DNA from: Blochmannia endosymbiont of Camponotus modoc
GTDB taxonomy: Bacteria > Pseudomonadota > Gammaproteobacteria > Enterobacterales > Enterobacteriaceae
Length of the DNA stretch: 32,000 nt
Reading direction: 5' to 3'
Assembly (NCBI RefSeq): GCF_023585785.1
Contig: NZ_CP097765.1
Span: 420,001-452,000 of the forward strand
Shown: one piece after another, positions 21,103-29,674 of the stretch
Position numbering within the stretch: the first letter of the stretch is position 1
Layout of the letters: the number at the start of each line of letters is the position of its first letter
Position numbers and translations under genes: made by a program
The notes under the pieces: model-generated
Seen by the model: the letters and a program-made list of their open reading frames with translations, nothing else
Database searches by the model: none
Told to the model about the DNA's origin: nothing

Positions 21103-23016
21103 TTATTTTTTGTTCTTTACTTCTTCAAATTCTGCATCTACTACTTCTCCATTTGGATCAGAAGTACTATTAGAAGACTGAGACTTAGATTGTTCTTGAT
21201 GTTTTTGACTGGCTTCCAATAATTTTCCAGAAACTTTAATTAAAGATTGAATTTTAGATTCAATTTCATTTTTGTCTTCGTTTTTTATAACTGATTCCAA
21301 TTCTTTTAATGCGTCTTCTATAGCAGATTTATCATCTGATGATATATTATCGCCAACTTCCGTTAATTGTTTTTTAGTGCTATGTAGCAAATGATCAGCT
21401 TGATTTCGAATTTGCACCAACTCTTCAAATTTACGATCTGATTCAGCATTAGCCTCTGCTTCTTGAACCATTTTATTAATTTCTTCTTCATTTAAACCAG
21501 AAGAAGCTTTAATAGTAATTTTTTGTTCACGTCCACTATTCTTATCTTTAGCAGATACATGTAAAATACCATCAGCATCAATATCAAAAGTCACTTCAAT
21601 CTGAGGTATACCACGCATCGCCGCTGCTATTCCATCTAGATTAAATTGTCCCAACGATTTATTATCACTTGCTCTCTTTCTTTCTCCTTGTAAGACATGA
21701 ATAGTGACAGCAGATTGATTATCTTCAGCGGTAGAGAAAATCTGACTATGTTTAGTAGGAATAGTAGTATTTTTAGCGATTAATGAAGTCATAACTCCCC
21801 CCATTGTTTCAATCCCTAAAGATAATGGGGTCACATCCAACAACAACACGTCTTTTACATCTCCAGACAATACTCCTCCCTGCACTGCCGCTCCGATAGC
21901 AACAGCTTCATCAGGATTGACATCTCTGCGTGGCTCTTTTTGGAAAAATTCAGATACTTTTGCTTGAACAAGAGGCATGCGAGTCTGCCCACCTACTAGA
22001 ATAACATCATTTATATTGGACACAGACAAGTTAGCATCTTTGAGCGCTACTTTCAGCGGCTCCATAGTACGATTAACTAAATCTTCTACTAAGGATTCTA
22101 ATTTAGCACGAGTTACTCTAATATTCATATGCTTCGGTCCAGTATTATCTGCTGTAATATATGGTAAATTCACATCAGTTTGATGCGAAGCAGATAATTC
22201 TATTTTTGCTTTCTCTGCTGCTTCTTTCAGTCGTTGCATTGCTAAAGGATCATTATACAAATTAATACGTTGATCTTTTTTAAACTCATCTGCTAAATAA
22301 TTTATTAAAAGGCTATCAAAATCTTCTCCCCCTAAATGAGTATCTCCATTAGTAGACAGCACTTCAAAAGTTTTTTCTCCATCAACATCATCAATTTCAA
22401 TAATTGAAATATCAAAAGTTCCCCCTCCTAAATCATATACTGCAATTGTGCGATTCCCTCTAGTTTCTTTATCTAAACCATAAGCTAATGCTGCAGCAGT
22501 CGGTTCATTTATAATTCTTTTAACCTCTAAACCAGCAATACGTCCAGAATCTTTAGTAGCTTGACGTTGAGCATCATTAAAATAAGCCGGAACCGTAATA
22601 ACTGCTTCAGAAATTTGTTCTCCAAGATAATCTTCTGCGGTCTTCTTCATCTTTTTTAAAATTTCAGCGGAAACCTGAGGAGGCGCCATCTTTTGACCTT
22701 TAACATCTAACCAAGCATCTCCGTTATCAGCAGAAATTATTTTATACGGCATGATATTCACATCACGCTGCACTTCTGTATCTTGGAACCGACGACCAAT
22801 CAATCGCTTAATAGCAAATAAAGTATTTTTAGGATTAGTAACAGACTGCCGCTTAGCTGGTTGACCAACTAAAATCTCTCCATCTTGTGTATAAGCAATA
22901 ATAGAAGGAGTTGTACGATCACCTTCACTATTTTCTAATACACGAGGTTTATTTCCTTCAATAATTGCAACACAAGAATTGGTTGTCCCCAAATCTATGC
23001 CAATAATTTTTCCCAT
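21103..23016 (-). CDS. dnaK: molecular chaperone DnaK (Hsp70)
   Basis: 637-aa [20 protein letters not shown]..., [14 protein letters not shown] and [11 protein letters not shown] are Hsp70 signatures. It is near-collinear with E. coli DnaK. A GGAGA Shine-Dalgarno lies 7 nt upstream of the ATG. Confidence 0.99.
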   Translation of the reverse strand: MGKIIGIDLGTTNSCVAIIEGNKPRVLENSEGDRTTPSIIAYTQDGEILVGQPAKRQSVTNPKNTLFAIKRLIGRRFQDTEVQRDVNIMPYKIISADNGDAWLDVKGQKMAPPQVSAEILKKMKKTAEDYLGEQISEAVITVPAYFNDAQRQATKDSGRIAGLEVKRIINEPTAAALAYGLDKETRGNRTIAVYDLGGGTFDISIIEIDDVDGEKTFEVLSTNGDTHLGGEDFDSLLINYLADEFKKDQRINLYNDPLAMQRLKEAAEKAKIELSASHQTDVNLPYITADNTGPKHMNIRVTRAKLESLVEDLVNRTMEPLKVALKDANLSVSNINDVILVGGQTRMPLVQAKVSEFFQKEPRRDVNPDEAVAIGAAVQGGVLSGDVKDVLLLDVTPLSLGIETMGGVMTSLIAKNTTIPTKHSQIFSTAEDNQSAVTIHVLQGERKRASDNKSLGQFNLDGIAAAMRGIPQIEVTFDIDADGILHVSAKDKNSGREQKITIKASSGLNEEEINKMVQEAEANAESDRKFEELVQIRNQADHLLHSTKKQLTEVGDNISSDDKSAIEDALKELESVIKNEDKNEIESKIQSLIKVSGKLLEASQKHQEQSKSQSSNSTSDPNGEVVDAEFEEVKNKK

Positions 23017-23061
23017 CTATACATCTCCACTGAAAATCAATTTAACCACACCATGCACCTG

Positions 23062-23089
23062 ATATGCGGTCAAAACTGTACTTTTCAAC
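23062..23089 (-). promoter_or_regulatory. candidate sigma-32 (RpoH) heat-shock promoter of dnaK-dnaJ
   Basis: The minus strand reads GTTGAAA-AGTACAGTTTTGA-CCGCATAT. This compares with the consensus CTTGAAA-N13/14-CCCCATNT. The -10 element ends about 45 nt upstream of the dnaK ATG, and a T8 tract lies immediately upstream of the -35 element. Confidence 0.55.
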
Positions 23090-23262
23090 CTTAAAAAAAA
23101 TTTGTTTTCAAAACTTTTCAAAAAACATTATATGAATTTAAGATAATTAATTATTTTGTAAAAATCACTAATAAAATTATAAAATATCCATATATAGCAA
23201 ACGGATTATTCATATAATTATTTAATTTTATTCATCACTACTCTTTACAAAACATCATCTTG

Positions 23263-23304
23263 TTATACATCTGTATCAATATTCATATTGATACAGATGT
23301 ATAA
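23263..23304. repeat. perfect 20-bp inverted repeat (2-nt spacer) between thrC and dnaK; possible thrC terminator or operator-like site
   Basis: TTATACATCTGTATCAATAT-tc-ATATTGATACAGATGTATAA. I checked all 20 arm positions base by base (23263-23282 pairs with 23304-23285). It lies 125 nt downstream of the thrC stop and about 175 nt upstream of the putative dnaK promoter. Confidence 0.8.
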
Positions 23305-23428
23305 ATATGTTTATATATATTCTATATAATTATTTATAATCTTATTAAATGCATTAATGAACGCAAAAATATAAAAAATACTAGATTTTAATATAACACA
23401 TATATGTTTGTAGTATATACATAATATT

Positions 23429-24730
23429 TTAAGACATTATTCTTAAAATTAGGTTACGTAACGAAGAAAAACATTTGGATATTTCATACGATAAAATAGG
23501 TAATTTCATACGCTCTTTTAATACAACTGGTAATATTACTTGTATCTTTTTTTTCAAAAAATCCTCTACTAACTCTTTAAATTTAACAGGATGAGCAGTA
23601 CCAAGACATATACCAAATTCATCAGAATGTAATTTATCGCATAGTGATCGATATGCTACAGCGGTATGAGGTTCGGAAAGATATCCTAAATCTGCAATTT
23701 CTTGGACTGTTTTCTCGGTGAGAAAATCATTAACACAACCATATTCCAAATCTTTAATAGATTTATTTTCTCGACGAAATAATTCTTCTATTCTAGACCA
23801 ATTACTTGGAGAGCTTACATCCATAGCATTAGAAAACGTTGAAACAGTAGGACGAGGTTCCCAATAACCATATTCTAAAAATCTAGGCACAGTATCATTA
23901 ATATTAGTAGCAGCAATAAACTTCTTCACTGGTAATCCACAAGATTGAGCTAATAATCCTGCTGTTAAATTTCCAAAATTACCGCTAGGAACTGCAATAA
24001 CTAGTTTATTACGCATGTGATGCGGTAATTGTGATACCCCTTCAAAATAGTAACAAATTTGAGCTAATAATCGACCAATGTTAATGGAATTCGCAGAATT
24101 TAAATCTAATTTTTGTCGCAGTACGCTGTCATCAAAAGCTTGCTTAACTAAACGTTGACATGAATCAAAATCTCCGTTTACTGATATTGTAGAAACATTG
24201 CCTCCTAAAGTGCAAAATAATTTTTCTTGTAATGCACTAATCTTACCTCTAGGGTAAAGAATTATAACATGTATATTACTTAAATTAAAAAAAGCATGGG
24301 CTACAGCAGCACCTGTATCTCCAGAAGTAGCAGTCAGAATAACCATCGGTTTATCAAAACGATGGTTAGTCTGATTTAACATCTGCGCCATTAATCGACT
24401 TCCAAAATCTTTAAAAGCCAAAGTTGGGCCGTGAAAAAGTTCTAAAACTGCAACATTATTATTTATACACACTAATGGGACTGGAAAATTAAAAGCATTT
24501 TTAACACAAGTTAATATACTATTTTTTGATAATTCAGAGCCAATATATGTAGATAAAATATGCGTACTACGTTCTATAAAACTCATTTCTAAGAGAGAAT
24601 TTATTTCAAATATAGAGAATTTTGGAAGATCTTCTGGGAAAAATAACCCCTGATTTTTTCCTAATCCTTGCAAGAGAGCTTGAGTAAACGTGACTTGTTC
24701 ACTATGTTGATTAATATTATATAGTTTCAT
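23429..24730 (-). CDS. thrC: threonine synthase
   Basis: 433-aa ORF. MKLYN...[22 protein letters not shown]... and the PLP-lysine region [11 protein letters not shown] match E. coli ThrC ([32 protein letters not shown]..., [13 protein letters not shown]). It overlaps thrB by 4 nt (ATGA). Confidence 0.97.
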   Translation of the reverse strand: MKLYNINQHSEQVTFTQALLQGLGKNQGLFFPEDLPKFSIFEINSLLEMSFIERSTHILSTYIGSELSKNSILTCVKNAFNFPVPLVCINNNVAVLELFHGPTLAFKDFGSRLMAQMLNQTNHRFDKPMVILTATSGDTGAAVAHAFFNLSNIHVIILYPRGKISALQEKLFCTLGGNVSTISVNGDFDSCQRLVKQAFDDSVLRQKLDLNSANSINIGRLLAQICYYFEGVSQLPHHMRNKLVIAVPSGNFGNLTAGLLAQSCGLPVKKFIAATNINDTVPRFLEYGYWEPRPTVSTFSNAMDVSSPSNWSRIEELFRRENKSIKDLEYGCVNDFLTEKTVQEIADLGYLSEPHTAVAYRSLCDKLHSDEFGICLGTAHPVKFKELVEDFLKKKIQVILPVVLKERMKLPILSYEISKCFSSLRNLILRIMS

Positions 24731-25680
24731 TCATTATTCACCATAATACGCGCTCCAAGATTATCTAAAGAACAAATTCGAACAAAACCTGAATTATTTT
24801 GTAAATAAAAACGTGATAACCAATTAGAAATATCTTCTATTACATCATGATTATTACATAATACAAAAACTGTAGGACCAGATCCTGAAATACCACAAGA
24901 TATAGCACCTCTTTTCATAACACTATGACGTATGCAAGATAATTCAATCGGAAACAATCGTGATCGATAAGGTTCTGCAATGATGTCCTTCATACATCTA
25001 ATTGCTAAATATTCTTGTTTAGTATGACAAGCATGTACAAATCCGGATAAATTTTGACTATGATTAATACAATCTTCACGATCATATTTATTTGGTAATA
25101 CTGATCGAGATACTGCTGTAGACATTTTAATACCTGGATACGCTACAATCCACAACCAATCATCAAAGCTAGGTATTATCTGGTTAACAATATTACAATT
25201 CTGCAATATTAAACGCGTACCTCCTAAAAAACAAGGAGACACATTATCAAAATGAATTGAACCAGAAATTTTACCTTCCATTTCCCCCATTAGCATGAGC
25301 AATTGATCTGTATTAAGTGGACATCCACAATGATAATTCATTGCGACCAATACAGCTACTATGGAACAAGCGCTAGAACCCAAACCAGAAGAAACAGGAA
25401 TATTTTTTTCCAATTTAATACTCAAAAAATATGTTTGTCCTAAAATTTCACAAAATCTTCTCCAACATTGGAATACGATATTTTCTTCTAATTGTATTGG
25501 TAATTGACTATGAAAAAATCCTGTACTTCTTAAACTAAATGCATTAGCATTTTCAACACTAATGCAATCTCCAAGTAAGCTACCATTTATTGGAGCAATT
25601 GCCATACCTAAAGTATCAAACCCCACTCCAATATTAGCGATAGACGCTGGCGCATAAACTCTGACCATATCTACACACAT
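24727..25680 (-). CDS. thrB: homoserine kinase (homology favours the second ATG at 25668 as the start)
   Basis: The ORF begins [23 protein letters not shown]. coli ThrB begins MVKVYAPASSANMSVGFD, so the Met at 25668 aligns with the E. coli start. The GHMP kinase motif [12 protein letters not shown] is present. Confidence 0.95.
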   Translation of the reverse strand: MCVDMVRVYAPASIANIGVGFDTLGMAIAPINGSLLGDCISVENANAFSLRSTGFFHSQLPIQLEENIVFQCWRRFCEILGQTYFLSIKLEKNIPVSSGLGSSACSIVAVLVAMNYHCGCPLNTDQLLMLMGEMEGKISGSIHFDNVSPCFLGGTRLILQNCNIVNQIIPSFDDWLWIVAYPGIKMSTAVSRSVLPNKYDREDCINHSQNLSGFVHACHTKQEYLAIRCMKDIIAEPYRSRLFPIELSCIRHSVMKRGAISCGISGSGPTVFVLCNNHDVIEDISNWLSRFYLQNNSGFVRICSLDNLGARIMVNNE

Positions 25681-25691
25681 CCTTACTTTTA

Positions 25692-28139
25692 TTATGATAA
25701 AGTGCGTAATAAATCTGCAAATACTCCGGCTGCTGTAACATCATTACCTGCACCATAACCACGTAATACCAATGGTAATGGTTGATAATACCGAGTAAAA
25801 AATGCAAGAGCATTTTCTCCATCTTTTACTTTAAATAATGGATGATTATTATTTATAGATTCGATTTGCACGCGACACTGTCCTTCCTGTATATTCCCAA
25901 CATAACGCAATACATGTCCTGATTTATACGCCCTTTGAGCTTTATCAGAAATAATGTCATCTAGTAAAGACAATTTTTTAAAAAAACTATCCGTATCATT
26001 TTTACTTATAAAATTATGTGGTATTACTGGATCGACTTGAATATCATTCAATTCTAATTCATATCCAACTTCTCGTGCTAAAATTAATAATTTTCTAGCT
26101 ACGTCTATACCAGAAAGATCATCTCTAGGATCTGGTTCAGTATAGCCTTTCTTCTGAGCTAATAAAGTTGCAGCAGATAATGATAATCCTTCATCTAATT
26201 TTCCAAAAATAAATGATAAAGATCCAGATAAAATACCTGAAAAACTGATTAATTCATCTCCAGCATTTAACAAATTTTGCAAATTTTCTATAACTGGTAA
26301 TCCAGCTCCGACATTAGTATCATATAAAAATTTCCTTCGTGATTTTATCACAATATCCCTAAGTCTTCTATATTGCTCCATAGATCCGGTGTTAGCTTTT
26401 TTATTTGGTGTAATCACATGACAACCATTTAACAGAAAATCCACATAATAATTAACTACATCAATACTACTAGTGCAATCAACAACAACTGGATTTAATA
26501 AATGATTTTCTTGTATAATTTCCATTAATTTTTTTAAATTACAAGATTCATGAGTTTTCTTTAGAGATGATTCCCAGTTATTTAAATCAATCCCATTTAT
26601 GTCGATACACATCATTCGAGAATTAATAATACCACATACTCGTAGGTCGATATGTTTATTTTTTAACCAATGTCTCTGACGTCGAATTTGTTCTATTAAA
26701 GCAGTACCAACGCCTCCAGATCCAATAATAAATACTTCTATTAATTGATCAGTACTAAATAACATTTGATGAGCTACTCTAATTCCAATAGCAGTAACAT
26801 TGTTTTTTATCACCACCGAAATAGAACGCTCTGAAGATCCTTGAGCAATTGCAATAATATTAATATTAGCGCGAGCTAATGCTTCGAACAATTTGTTAGA
26901 CAAACCAAGTTGAGTACGCATGCCATCGCCCACAACTGAAATAATTGCGAGATCTCGTATCGCATCTATTGGCTCCAAAAGTCCATTTTTTAATTCTAAA
27001 TTAAATTCTTCATTTAATGCAGTGCAAGCTTTTGATAACTCTTGATAAGGCACGCAAAAACTTATACTATACTCAGAAGATGATTGAGTGATTAACACTA
27101 CTGAACATATGGCCTTAGACATTGCAGAAAACACACGAGCGGCCATTCCAATCATTCCTTTCATTCCTGGTCCAGAAATATTTAACATTACCATATCATT
27201 TAAATATGTAATTCCTTTAACTATATTAGTCGTATCATTATTAATTGATCCAATTAATGTTCCAGGAGCATTAGGTTTGAAAACATTTTTTATTAAACAA
27301 GGTATGTGAAATTGAGCAATCGGCACAATAGTGCGTGGATGTAAAATTTTAGCTCCAAAATAAGAAAGTTCCATAGCCTCTTGATAAGATAATGAATTTA
27401 ATAATTTTGCATTAGGTACTTGATGCGGATCACACGTATAAATACCATCTACATCTGTCCAAATTTCACAACGACTAGCACCTAAACAAGCCGCTAAAAT
27501 CGCAGCTGAATAATCAGAACCATTTCGACCTAAAGCAACTAATTCACCCTGCTCATTTCCCGCAGTAAATCCAGCCATTAACATAATATCCAAATGAGAA
27601 ATAGGTATATTTTTAATACGCCGCGTAGATTCTTCAATATTTACCATAGAGGTCAGATATTCTCTGCCTTGTGCTACAAGGTTATCCACTGGATTAATAA
27701 CAGTTATTTGGAGATTCCTCGCATTTAAAAGCCCTTCCATTAAAATAATGGACAACTTTTCCCCCAAACAAATAATATTAGCATTTATATTATCTGGACA
27801 AAATTTTAACAATGAAATTCCATGTAGTAAATTTTTTAAATGAATAAACTCTTGTTCTAATATAAGACGCAAAGTTATATGATTAAATCCTGGTTGAGTC
27901 TGTGCTATATCTTCTAACAAAGTATTAAAAATAGTTTCTATATTGTGAATATGTTCGAATACAGAACTACCATTTAACGTGCGATCAATAACTGATACTA
28001 GATAATTAGTAATCATTGCAGGTGCCGATAACACCGCTGCTATTTGTTCTTCTTGAGCGTTTTTTTCAAGAATATTGGCGACATGGATAAACTGATTTGC
28101 ATTAGAAAGTGCAGTGCCACCAAATTTCAATACTCGCAT
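25692..28139 (-). CDS. thrA: bifunctional aspartokinase I / homoserine dehydrogenase I
   Basis: 815-aa [20 protein letters not shown]... matches E. coli Thr[18 protein letters not shown]. The C-terminal homoserine dehydrogenase half has an [11 protein letters not shown] Rossmann motif. Gene order thrA-thrB-thrC is as in E. coli. Confidence 0.98.
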   Translation of the reverse strand: MRVLKFGGTALSNANQFIHVANILEKNAQEEQIAAVLSAPAMITNYLVSVIDRTLNGSSVFEHIHNIETIFNTLLEDIAQTQPGFNHITLRLILEQEFIHLKNLLHGISLLKFCPDNINANIICLGEKLSIILMEGLLNARNLQITVINPVDNLVAQGREYLTSMVNIEESTRRIKNIPISHLDIMLMAGFTAGNEQGELVALGRNGSDYSAAILAACLGASRCEIWTDVDGIYTCDPHQVPNAKLLNSLSYQEAMELSYFGAKILHPRTIVPIAQFHIPCLIKNVFKPNAPGTLIGSINNDTTNIVKGITYLNDMVMLNISGPGMKGMIGMAARVFSAMSKAICSVVLITQSSSEYSISFCVPYQELSKACTALNEEFNLELKNGLLEPIDAIRDLAIISVVGDGMRTQLGLSNKLFEALARANINIIAIAQGSSERSISVVIKNNVTAIGIRVAHQMLFSTDQLIEVFIIGSGGVGTALIEQIRRQRHWLKNKHIDLRVCGIINSRMMCIDINGIDLNNWESSLKKTHESCNLKKLMEIIQENHLLNPVVVDCTSSIDVVNYYVDFLLNGCHVITPNKKANTGSMEQYRRLRDIVIKSRRKFLYDTNVGAGLPVIENLQNLLNAGDELISFSGILSGSLSFIFGKLDEGLSLSAATLLAQKKGYTEPDPRDDLSGIDVARKLLILAREVGYELELNDIQVDPVIPHNFISKNDTDSFFKKLSLLDDIISDKAQRAYKSGHVLRYVGNIQEGQCRVQIESINNNHPLFKVKDGENALAFFTRYYQPLPLVLRGYGAGNDVTAAGVFADLLRTLS

Positions 28140-28670
28140 ATTTTATCTCCTAAATATGACTCTAATATCCTGAATTTCATTAATACAAATAAACAGCAAA
28201 GATCACATAATGTTTATCCATATTATTACTATGTTTTATTAGATAAATAATTATAATAAATAGTTAAAAATTAGCACAAACACACATTATATCTAATTAT
28301 ATCATTATATTAATTAATGTAGTACTATCTACAATAAAAACTTTTTAAAAACAATCAATTATTATTTAAGTATATAAAAGTTTTACTAATGTAGTAATAT
28401 CTGTTTTGACAAAAATTATCAAAATGTATATTTACCTGCATATACGCAAATATTTTTATATATACATACAATTAATTAAAAATAGATCATCTATTTATAA
28501 TAGAACGGTTTCAGTAATATTAATGTATTTATATACTTAAATATTCTTATATTTGCACATAAAATACACCAATTTATTTTAATGAAAATAGCAATAAAAA
28601 ATAAAATTACTCATTCTCAATGAGATATTTACATTCTATAAAAAGATATTCTTACATTTTTTGATATAAA

Positions 28671-28700
28671 AATATTTGATTTTGAAAAAAATCAAATATT
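28671..28700 (-). terminator. 13-bp perfect hairpin with a 4-nt loop in the holD-thrA spacer (weak terminator candidate)
   Basis: AATATTTGATTTT-gaaa-AAAATCAAATATT. On the minus strand it is followed by TTTATATC. The stem has only one G:C pair, so predicted stability is low. It lies about 390 nt downstream of holD. Confidence 0.2.
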
Positions 28701-29091
28701 AAAGGTAGGATTAAATAGATTAATTAAAATAATATATTTTATAATTCACGTTTAACGTCGTGTGATTTGTTGAACCACATTTAACATAAATTTTTTATTG
28801 GAAATAATTCTTGACGTTTTTAGTAAAAATCACGCATATAGTTTACATTCATATTATAAATACTCTAGCAATTAATAATTATTGTTAATTTTAAAATTAA
28901 TATAATTCAATAGAATCAGGACATAAATGCTATTTATCTAATAAATTTTTATTTACATTACGTCAAATTATCAATATGTTGTAAGATAAATTGTGTGCAT
29001 GTAATTTTAAAAAATTAAAAAAATCAAGATAATATCACTGTATTATTTTTAATATATTTTTTTTATTACCGATAAATATTGATTAAATAAT

Positions 29092-29520
29092 TTAAGTATT
29101 TAGTCTAATACCACTAATTTGTCGCCATAAATCACGCTTTGCGTGAATATCACATTTTAATATTGGCAAAGATGGAGTGATTAGACATATACCGTTCAAA
29201 TTATTTAATACTTTAGTACCAATCCACCAACAATAACAAGAAAATTCTGATGGAATAATTAAAATTTTAATTTGGTTAGTAGTCAACGCGTATACTTCTC
29301 TAGGATTAATCTGCATAGCACGTATAACATCTTTAACAAAAGGATCATCTAATGATATCGGAAAATCCGATGATATTAATACTAAACGAAGACATGGCCA
29401 TAACTTAATCGGATTTATGTTGTCTAAAACTACAGGATATCGTAACTTCCAAAGCGTAATACCTAATTCCTGAAAAATAAACGCATGTGGTTTATTTCTA
29501 TTATTAGTAAGCATAATCAT
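29092..29520 (-). CDS. holD: DNA polymerase III psi subunit
   Basis: 142-aa ORF. QELGITLWKLRYP...LRLVLISSDFPISLDDPFVKDVIRAM...DLWRQI aligns with my memory of E. coli HolD QQLGITQWSLRRP...VRLVMVANDLPALTDPLVSDVLRAL...ALWQQI. The size is close to E. coli (about 137 aa). Confidence 0.85.
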   Translation of the reverse strand: MIMLTNNRNKPHAFIFQELGITLWKLRYPVVLDNINPIKLWPCLRLVLISSDFPISLDDPFVKDVIRAMQINPREVYALTTNQIKILIIPSEFSCYCWWIGTKVLNNLNGICLITPSLPILKCDIHAKRDLWRQISGIRLNT

Positions 29521-29674
29521 TCATATTTAACATATTATTATTTAGTAAATGATAATATCAATAATTTATTCTGACAATAATGTTTATATATTTAACATAT
29601 ATACTAAAAAATAATTAATTTAGAATGATGTTATTTTATCTGAATCATATATATTTCCAATTAAATGTTTTTTG

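Noticed and set aside
21977-22183. 68-aa plus-strand ORF inside dnaK
   Set aside because: It is a shadow ORF antisense to dnaK.
25634-25822. 62-aa minus-strand ORF spanning the thrA/thrB junction
   Set aside because: It is out of frame with both thrA and thrB, which fully explain this sequence. It has no independent ribosome-binding site or homology.
27088-27309. 73-aa plus-strand ORF inside thrA
   Set aside because: It is a shadow ORF antisense to thrA.
28180-28221. 13-codon mini-ORF (MDKHYVIFAVYLY) just upstream of thrA, considered as a thrL-like leader peptide
   Set aside because: It contains no run of Thr/Ile codons, and I could see no alternative terminator/antiterminator hairpins between it and thrA. 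It is therefore not a credible thr attenuator leader.
28044-28250. 68-aa plus-strand ORF overlapping the thrA start and running into the spacer
   Set aside because: It is antisense to the conserved thrA N-terminus and then runs through AT-rich spacer. I recognised no motifs.
28755-28785. TTGAACC motif (GGTTCAA on the minus strand) examined as a possible tRNA T-arm
   Set aside because: The flanking bases do not form a 5-bp T-stem, and no acceptor or anticodon arms can be drawn. I saw no other tRNA-like GC-rich cloverleaf segments in any spacer.
28140-29091. The long AT-rich spacer considered as a replication origin or iteron region
   Set aside because: I saw only one near-match to a DnaA box (TTATCCATA at 28213-28221), with no cluster of boxes and no GATC-rich 13-mer array. 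The E. coli-type oriC context (gidA/mioC) is also absent.
29523-29600. 13-nt perfect direct repeat ATATTTAACATAT (29523-29535 and 29588-29600) in the deaD-holD spacer
   Set aside because: At this AT content, 13-mers of pure A/T plus one C recur by chance many times per 32 kb. I therefore do not call it a functional repeat. It is noted only under the holD-deaD finding.
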